A stretch of DNA of 64,000 nt from an uncultured delta proteobacterium (lineage in GTDB: Bacteria > Desulfobacterota > Binatia > Binatales > Binataceae), in NCBI GenBank assembly GCA_963808235.1, contig CAWEEQ010000004.1, positions 2,720,001 to 2,784,000 on the forward strand, given 5' to 3'. Below are positions 57,695-64,000 of the stretch, in pieces (position 1 is the stretch's first letter; every line of letters begins with the position of its first letter). The notes under the pieces were generated by a model. It was given only the letters and a program-made list of their open reading frames with translations, ran no database searches and had not been told where the DNA came from. The translations under genes and the position numbers were made by a program.

Positions 57695-58945
57695 GTGCCG
57701 TGCTGCATATCCGACGCGAACGGGAGCGGTGGAATAGCGGCCGGATTTCAGTTCGACGGTTCGATGGTGAGAAATCAGAGCCTCGAGAATTTCGGGCACT
57801 TCAAATACAGCGCGGTTGTCGAACGCTGCTACGCCGGCGCGCAAGCGATCGAACTGTTCGCGATCCGACATCGTAGATACCGCATCGGCTATCTCGCGGA
57901 ACGAAGGCAGAACTATTCCGAGCTGATTTCGCTCAATCCAATCGGTGTTGAAGCGCTCCTGCACCATCGTCCACCGGTTGCGTTCCACAATTAAGGGAAG
58001 GCCCATCACCAGCGCTTCACTGATGCTGCCCGGCCCCGGCTTGCCGATGAAAAAATCCGCCAGCTTCATGAAGAAGGGAATTTCATCCGTGAAGCCGACA
58101 CAATGAAACGGGTAGGACAGCCACATGTCTTCGATCTGCTCGCGCAGCTTGTCATTGTGACCGCATACAAAAATGAGTTGAGCCTTCACTTGCGCGGCTT
58201 CGATCCTTCTGGCGATCGATGCCATCTGGCTCGAGCCATAGCTGCCGAACATCACGATTCCGGTCGGCAAATCAGGATCAAGTCCCAGCCGGCTGCGCTC
58301 GGCTTCGCGGTTCACCTCCATCGGTCGATAGAACTCAGGACGCACGATCATCCCCGAGCTGCGGAACACGCGCTCGCGCGCATGTCCCATCGCGATTGCC
58401 TGCCTCGCCGCGGTCGCGGTGCCGCATACAAGGTACTGCCGCTGACGTTCGATCCAGAAGTGAGGCGGATAGTCGGCGAGGTCGGTAAGAATCGTGACCA
58501 TCGGAGTTTCGGATCGTGCTTCGGCCGCATCAGCTTGCCGCAAGCCTTCGAAAATCGCGTGATTGAAATTGGGGATCATGGATACCACAAGGTCGGGCTG
58601 CGAGCGCTGCCAATGCCGCGCAAGCAACTTGATCATCGTCGGCTCAAGCTGCCGAATCAGCATCTGGGTTATTCGCAGCAACGGGCCCGTGCCGATAGTA
58701 AGGCCGTATTTGAGCTGCGTGTTGTAGAAGTCCTCAATGCGAACGCCGGTTAGGCGTCGGACCATGTCGGCCGGTTCGAGCAGATCGCGCAGGTTGATCA
58801 GATTGATATGCCACGAACGATGCTGTTGCTCGGCCACCGAAATCAACGCCCTCGCCGAAGCGCGATGCCCACCGCCCGCATCGAAGTAGATCAGATCGAT
58901 TTGCGCCTCGGGGTAGTTCGTCGATTGGCGACGATAAGTAGTCAC
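57691..58945 (-). CDS. MGDG synthase/UgtP-like glycosyltransferase (GT28), with a probable 1-nt insertion near 57750
   Basis: DAGGGHRASA, TILTD, VCGHN, IGKPGPGSISEAL and QERFN. Confidence 0.85.
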
Positions 58946-59733
58946 GACGCCACCACCTGCGACATCGTTGCGTATGCTGGAATGCTCTGCTCTGAAACGT
59001 TCCAGTGCACGACCCGCAGCGTACCGTCTTGATCCTCAACCACCGCTGTTCGGTTCTGCACCCAATCTCCGTCATTCACGTACAAGACGGTTCCGATCAG
59101 GCGAAGATCAGAGCGATGAATATGCCCGCAAATCACGCCGTCGGCTTGGTGATCGCGGGCGGCAGCCAGCACCGCCCGATCGCGAAAGTCAGTAAGATAC
59201 TCAATGGCCTTGCGGGCGGGGTAACGGAAATAATCGGAAAACGAGCGGCCTTCATCTCGCCCTGCACTCTGACGATGGTACCAGTCGTGGATCCGCTGAG
59301 CGCGCGCATAGCCCTGAGATCCAATTATCGGCAGCAAACGATTTGGATTGAGCGAGCCATCGAACTGATGCCCATGGATCACCAGCATCCTGGCACCGTC
59401 GGACGTGACGTGAATCAGCGAGCTCGCGCAGGGAATTGGGCCGAGCAGCTCTTCAACCAGCGGGACTCTGAACTCATCATGATTTCCGGGAATGAATACT
59501 ACATTGGCGCCTCGACGATGCCACTGCACAATCTCGTTGACCAGTTCCTGCTGAGCCGGACTCCAGTACCAGGAAGGTCCCCAGTTCCATCCATCGACTA
59601 TATCGCCAACCAGGTAGAGGGTCTCCGCAACGTGATGACGAAGAAAATCGAGCAACGAACCTGCTTTGCATGCACGGGTTCCTAGATGAATGTCGGATAT
59701 CCAGATCGCTCGGTAATAGCTCGGTTGAATCAT
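58942..59733 (-). CDS. LpxH-like (UDP-2,3-diacylglucosamine hydrolase family) metallophosphoesterase
   Basis: WISDIHLG, LVGDIVDGW, PGNHD, IHGHQFD, CGHIH and NDGDW. Confidence 0.88.
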   Translation of the reverse strand: MIQPSYYRAIWISDIHLGTRACKAGSLLDFLRHHVAETLYLVGDIVDGWNWGPSWYWSPAQQELVNEIVQWHRRGANVVFIPGNHDEFRVPLVEELLGPIPCASSLIHVTSDGARMLVIHGHQFDGSLNPNRLLPIIGSQGYARAQRIHDWYHRQSAGRDEGRSFSDYFRYPARKAIEYLTDFRDRAVLAAARDHQADGVICGHIHRSDLRLIGTVLYVNDGDWVQNRTAVVEDQDGTLRVVHWNVSEQSIPAYATMSQVVAS

Positions 59734-60112
59734 GGCCCACCTCTTCTCCGCCCCTGACTCGCGTTGAAGGCAACACGAGCGTTCCTTCCGCCTGTATCCT
59801 ACGACCCGCCGATAAGACCTCCGTGACCGTTCCTGCACTCGGTCGCGACTCTACACTTGTATGCAATCAGATCGGGTCTTCGACAACTATACAAACAGTT
59901 AACTGAGCCTGAAGAGTGAGATATGGGAAGATGATAAGTGCATTAGCAACTTGATACTCCACTGTTAACGCATGACTACACCGCAGAGTAGCTATTTGAG
60001 CGGCGAAGGGATCTCACAGGGATCAGCTTCTTGACCTACAGTTGACGCGGATCCTATTGTGCAGCGCGTTGGCCGCACTCTGACGCGAATAGCAAAAGGG
60101 GGGTTCCTCAAA

Positions 60113-60340
60113 ATGCCACAGGCCGTTCTAACTGTCGTTCCCGGCAAGCAGCCCGATTTGTCGGACGCGGTAGCCCTCGCAACCGACATGAAACAGAAGG
60201 GTCGAATCTATGACTGGAGACCCGCGGGATCGCCCCGAGGCATAAGCGTCATATTAAACGACGGTACTAGTTCCAGCGATAGGCTCGAGATCGCGAACGA
60301 GTTCAAAGCCCTCGGCTACAACGTAATCGAAGTCCCGTAA
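60113..60340 (+). CDS. Small hypothetical protein
   Basis: 75-aa ORF with purine-rich RBS, and a possible promoter TTGACC-18-TATTGT at 60031-60060. Confidence 0.5.
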   Translation: MPQAVLTVVPGKQPDLSDAVALATDMKQKGRIYDWRPAGSPRGISVILNDGTSSSDRLEIANEFKALGYNVIEVP

Positions 60341-60375
60341 GTGCTGTTGCTTAAAAACTGAAAGCCGCTTGATCG

Positions 60376-61074
60376 CTACTCGTCGAGTTTGACGCGCGAC
60401 CAGCGGCGGTAGATCTCGCCGCATCCTACCGACGCGGCGATCAGCAACAGCGCGAGAAGGAATTTTCGCGACAGCGGATGCCATAGTGCGTCACCCAGGA
60501 ACGCGAACAGGATCGTTCCGGGGACCATCCCGATCATAGTCGCCCAGAAGTAATCGCGAAACGCAATCGGCGACGCGCCCGCCAGCAGGTTCAGCGCGTT
60601 GTACGGAATCACGGGTACCATTCGTAAGTAAAAGATTATCTGGAAGCCGTGTTTCGCGATCTTCTGGAGCATCGACTGGAACCGCTCGCCGACGATCTGC
60701 TCGACGAACGATTTGCCGAGAAACCTGCCCGCAGCGAATGCGAGCAGCGCGCCGGCGTCACCGCCGATTAGCGAATAAACCGATCCCCACGCGGTGCCGA
60801 ACGCCAGGCCGCCCGCAATCGTCATCACCGCTCCCGGCACCAGGAACGACGGACCGACCGCGTAGAGCAGCATGAAGACCAGCGGCCCCCATACGCCCCA
60901 CTGTAGGACTTCGACTTTGACCAACGCGGGGTTGCGGAACCATTCGGAGTGCGCAATCAGGAGCCAGACGGAGCCGCCGACCAGGATTGCGATGATCGCA
61001 ATCTTCACGACGTTCATCAGCGTCGAGCCGGCGCGAGCCTTTCCCGGGCTGCCGATTGGTTTAACTGCGGCCAT
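60376..61074 (-). CDS. TVP38/TMEM64 (DedA/VTT) membrane protein
   Basis: VPGAVMTIAGGLAFG, LRMVPVIPYNALN and TMIGMVPGT. Confidence 0.9.
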   Translation of the reverse strand: MAAVKPIGSPGKARAGSTLMNVVKIAIIAILVGGSVWLLIAHSEWFRNPALVKVEVLQWGVWGPLVFMLLYAVGPSFLVPGAVMTIAGGLAFGTAWGSVYSLIGGDAGALLAFAAGRFLGKSFVEQIVGERFQSMLQKIAKHGFQIIFYLRMVPVIPYNALNLLAGASPIAFRDYFWATMIGMVPGTILFAFLGDALWHPLSRKFLLALLLIAASVGCGEIYRRWSRVKLDE

Positions 61075-61201
61075 TAGCGTTCAATAATATCGGGCGCAAG
61101 TGCCACGCGCCACGGCTCTGCGAGCGCGTTTGTGAGCGCATCGCGATGCTACTAAAGTCGGCGCAGTCACCAACACTATCACCGCGAAAGGAATTACCTC
61201 G

Positions 61202-61984
61202 ATGAACGAACTCGCAGACAAAGTCGCAATCATCACCGGCGGCGGATACGGAATCGGCAAACAGATCGCGCTGCTATACGGAAAGGCCGGCGCGAAGATC
61301 GTAATCGCCGCGCGTTCCGTCGATCCAATGAAGCAGACTTGCGCGGAGCTCGAAAAAACCGGCGCACGCGCGATTTCCGTGCCCACCGATGTCTCGAAAG
61401 AGGCCGACTGCGCAAAGATGACCGACGCGGCGATGAAGGCCTTCGGGCGCGTCGATATCCTGGTCAACAACGCCGGCATCTCGGGTCCGACCAAACGAAT
61501 CACCGAGATGTCGCTCGCCGAATGGCAGGAGACGCTCGATATCGACTTGACCGGCACCTGGCTTGCGACTCGCGCCGTGTTGCCCGCGATGGATAAGCAG
61601 CGCGCGGGCAACATCATCAACATCTCCTCGGGCGCGGGACGCCGCGGCTATCCGATGCGCTCGCCATACGCGGCGGCGAAGTGGGCGATGATCGGGCTTA
61701 CTCAGACGATCGCCGGTGAATGGGGCCAGCGCGGAATCCGATGCAACTGTATCTGCCCGGGCGCGATCGCCGGCGAACGAATCGAGCGCGTGATGCGCGC
61801 GCGCGCCGACGCACTCAAGCAGCCGTACGAGCAGATCCGCGGCGCATTTCTGTCGCAGGCCGCAATGAACCGGATGGCGACCGAAGAGGAAGTCGCGCGC
61901 GTCGCACTATTCCTCGCGACCGAAATTTCCGCAGGCATGACCGGTCAAACGATCAACGTCGATTGCGGCAGCATCATGAATTAG
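61202..61984 (+). CDS. Short-chain dehydrogenase/reductase
   Basis: TGGGYGIG, NNAG and YAAAK. Confidence 0.92.
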   Translation: MNELADKVAIITGGGYGIGKQIALLYGKAGAKIVIAARSVDPMKQTCAELEKTGARAISVPTDVSKEADCAKMTDAAMKAFGRVDILVNNAGISGPTKRITEMSLAEWQETLDIDLTGTWLATRAVLPAMDKQRAGNIINISSGAGRRGYPMRSPYAAAKWAMIGLTQTIAGEWGQRGIRCNCICPGAIAGERIERVMRARADALKQPYEQIRGAFLSQAAMNRMATEEEVARVALFLATEISAGMTGQTINVDCGSIMN

Positions 61985-62001
61985 GCGCTGCGCCGGACCC
62001 G

Positions 62002-62679
62002 TTACCAAACGAATGGCACCAAGTGGTACCTGACGGCGTTTTGATATTCTGAGTAGCCGGCAAGGTTCTTGGCGAGGAATTTTTCCTCGTCGAGAAGTCT
62101 CCAGACGATCACGAGCGTCATCGGCACGACCGTGAGCAGTCCCCACCACGAGCCGAGCGCTAGAGGCACGCCTATCAGCATGATCAGAGCGCCGATATAC
62201 ATCGGATGGCGCACCGTCGCGTAGGGTCCTGTCGAAACGACTTTTTGTTCCGTGCTGAGCTCGATGAGCGCCGAGGTATAGGTGTTTTCCCTGAAGACGA
62301 GGAACACGATGAAGAACCCGAGCACGACCAGGATATTTCCTGCGGCGACTACGTACGGCTGCATCGCGGACCATGCGAAACGATGATCGAACGCGGGGAC
62401 CAGCATCACGGCGATAAAATCGAGCATCGCGAGAAATTGAATGATCTTCTGGCTGGTCTCCTTCTCGTCGAGGGGTCCGGCGGCTATCCGCCGCTCCAGC
62501 AGCTTCGGATCGTTCTTCATCAGGTAGACGGTGATCGCGAGCACCGGCGCGAAAAATACCGTCAGAAAAATCCACGCCTGCCAATAGCGCAGCGTCCCCG
62601 CCGGGACGAACACCAACACCGCCATGACGACAAGAAGGTTGAGAAATCCTAGCCACGCTTTTCTGTTCACGTCGTTCAT
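62002..62679 (-). CDS. Isoprenylcysteine carboxyl methyltransferase/PEMT-family membrane protein
   Basis: ENTYTS, VVSTGPYATVRHPMY and EEKFL...GYSEY. Confidence 0.9.
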   Translation of the reverse strand: MNDVNRKAWLGFLNLLVVMAVLVFVPAGTLRYWQAWIFLTVFFAPVLAITVYLMKNDPKLLERRIAAGPLDEKETSQKIIQFLAMLDFIAVMLVPAFDHRFAWSAMQPYVVAAGNILVVLGFFIVFLVFRENTYTSALIELSTEQKVVSTGPYATVRHPMYIGALIMLIGVPLALGSWWGLLTVVPMTLVIVWRLLDEEKFLAKNLAGYSEYQNAVRYHLVPFVW

Positions 62680-63219
62680 TTTCTGATCCTGGACGGTCGA
62701 AGCGCCGCCTTCTGCGCGCGCCATTTGTCCATCATCGCCGGCAATTCCCTCTGCAGGAACTCGAAGAAGGCCAGCGTCTCCGCGATCCGCGCACCGGCGG
62801 GAGACTCGCGTCCGACCACATCTATTCCCTCGCGCAGGCTCCGCTCGCATCGATCGAGCACCTGGTCCTTGCGCGCGATCGCCTCGTACCAGACCTCGCT
62901 ATGCACGCGGTAGTGCTCGCGCCGCGAGCCGGGCTCCGCTTCGCGGCTGGCAAGGTTGACCTGGAGCGAGATACCGGACCGCGCCGGAAATCGCGGCCGG
63001 GCTGACGCGGAGCGATTTGGCCAGCTCGGCCGAATTGAGCCGCCCGGAATCGGTCGCGAGCAGCGCTGCGAACACCCGCGCCGGCATCCGCGGAAACCCG
63101 GACTGCGTCAGCACCGAAGCAAACCGCTCGACGAAGCCAGCCACCGCCGCCTTATCGTCGCGCTGGGCAGACCTCGCAGGTCCCGACGAATGACCCAGCG
63201 CCGCATTCAGATGTTTCAC
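62676..63219 (-). CDS. GbsR/MarR-family regulator, with a 1-nt frameshift near 62967
   Basis: GFPRMPARVFAALL and SPAAISGAVRYL, continuing as PGSRREHYR...FFEFL in the next frame. ATGA overlap with the downstream gene. Confidence 0.85.
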
Positions 63220-63257
63220 GATATCGTGAAACTAGTGTAGTTTCCGAATCATGTCAA
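63213..63257 (-). promoter_or_regulatory. Promoter and palindromic operator of the GbsR-like gene
   Basis: Minus strand has TTGACA (63257-63252)-17 nt-TAGTTT (63234-63229). A perfect 20-bp palindrome GTTTCACGATATCGTGAAAC lies at 63213-63232. Confidence 0.7.
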
Positions 63258-63300
63258 CAAGAGAATGCGCGCATCTGAAGGCGAAATAAAATTTCTTTGC

Positions 63301-64000
63301 TCAGCGCGCGATGTCGTTATCGCGGATGGTGGCGGCGTAGCCGCTCCGCTTCAGGTGCTCGAGTAGCTCGCGGGCGAGGACCGGGGCGCGATGGCGGCCG
63401 CCGGTGCATCCGAGGCCGATTGTCATGTAGCTCTTGCCTTCGCGCTGGTAGAGCGGCATCAGAAAATCGAAAAGGCTTCCGACCTCCTCGACGAATCGGC
63501 GCGCTTCCGGCTGCGCCATCACATACTCGCGCACCGCGGCGTCGAGACCGGTGAGCGGGCGCAGCTCGGAAATGAAAAACGGATTCGGGATGAATCGCAC
63601 GTCGAGCACCAGGTCCATCCCGACCGGCAGTCCATATTTGTAGCCGAACGAGACGATCGAAATCGCCATCCGCGAGCCCGATCCCGCGCCCAGCACAGCC
63701 GCGGTCACCACCTCGCGCAGTTCGTGAACGGTGAGCGTGGTGGTATCGATCACGCGATCGGCCCGCTCGCGCATCTCGGCCAGCGCCAGGCGCTCGCGAT
63801 GGATACTCTCGGCGACGGTAGCGCCGCTGGCGGCCATGGGATGCGGCCGGCGGCTCTCAGAGTAGCGGCGCGCGAGCACGTCGTCCGACGCGTCGAGAAA
63901 AATTACTTCGGGATGAATTCCGGCCGCGTCGAGATCCGCAAAAATTCGCGGCCACTGTGGAAAGAACAGGCGTTCGCGCGGATCGATTCCGAGCGCGACA
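63301..64000 (-). CDS. rapZ: RNase adapter RapZ (5' end outside the window)
   Basis: RRYSESRRPHP, SFGYKYG, DVRFIPNP and GCTGGRHR. Confidence 0.93.
   Translation of the reverse strand, partial: VALGIDPRERLFFPQWPRIFADLDAAGIHPEVIFLDASDDVLARRYSESRRPHPMAASGATVAESIHRERLALAEMRERADRVIDTTTLTVHELREVVTAAVLGAGSGSRMAISIVSFGYKYGLPVGMDLVLDVRFIPNPFFISELRPLTGLDAAVREYVMAQPEARRFVEEVGSLFDFLMPLYQREGKSYMTIGLGCTGGRHRAPVLARELLEHLKRSGYAATIRDNDIAR

Noticed and set aside
56897-58945. Apparent glycosyltransferase fused to an exported domain (682 aa)
   Set aside because: An extra A in CTGAAATCC explains it. The corrected frame ends at a GTGA overlap followed by a signal peptide.
63213-63232. Second parS site
   Set aside because: The 6-bp central insertion breaks the ParB-binding geometry, and its position fits an operator.

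Overview
GC-rich bacterial chromosomal segment. The gene content resembles deltaproteobacteria-like lineages such as Candidatus Binatota (inference only), and a perfect parS site at 955-970 suggests it lies near the origin. About nine single-base frameshifts in conserved genes point to an unpolished long-read assembly, so several apparent fusions in the ORF track are probably artefacts. Main content, in order: trmJ and asd; a SAM-I riboswitch-led sulfur operon (MoeB/E1-like, ThrC-like, MoaD/CysO-like carrier ending GG-R, CysM-like, NIL protein, degenerate second MoeB, HAD, cysC, sat); a VapBC pair; probably fused eutBC; a block of exported proteins including a 12-repeat NHL protein; Prx6, rpoZ and rpoH; an unannotated ArsC/Spx-family selenoprotein with SECIS; acyl-CoA, SDR and amidase catabolic genes; hldE, murJ, hemW and class I LysRS; HPr-metK-ahcY and sulfite reductase; a lipid-glycosylation operon; a GbsR-like regulator; and partial rapZ. 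The most striking observation is that the two MoeB-like genes are complementary halves. One has the catalytic motifs but no N-terminal RYSRQ arginine-finger helix, and the other has that helix but no catalytic motifs. This suggests a bacterial heterodimeric E1 with the same division of labour as eukaryotic SAE1/SAE2 and NAE1/UBA3. No tRNA, rRNA, CRISPR array or transposase was recognised.
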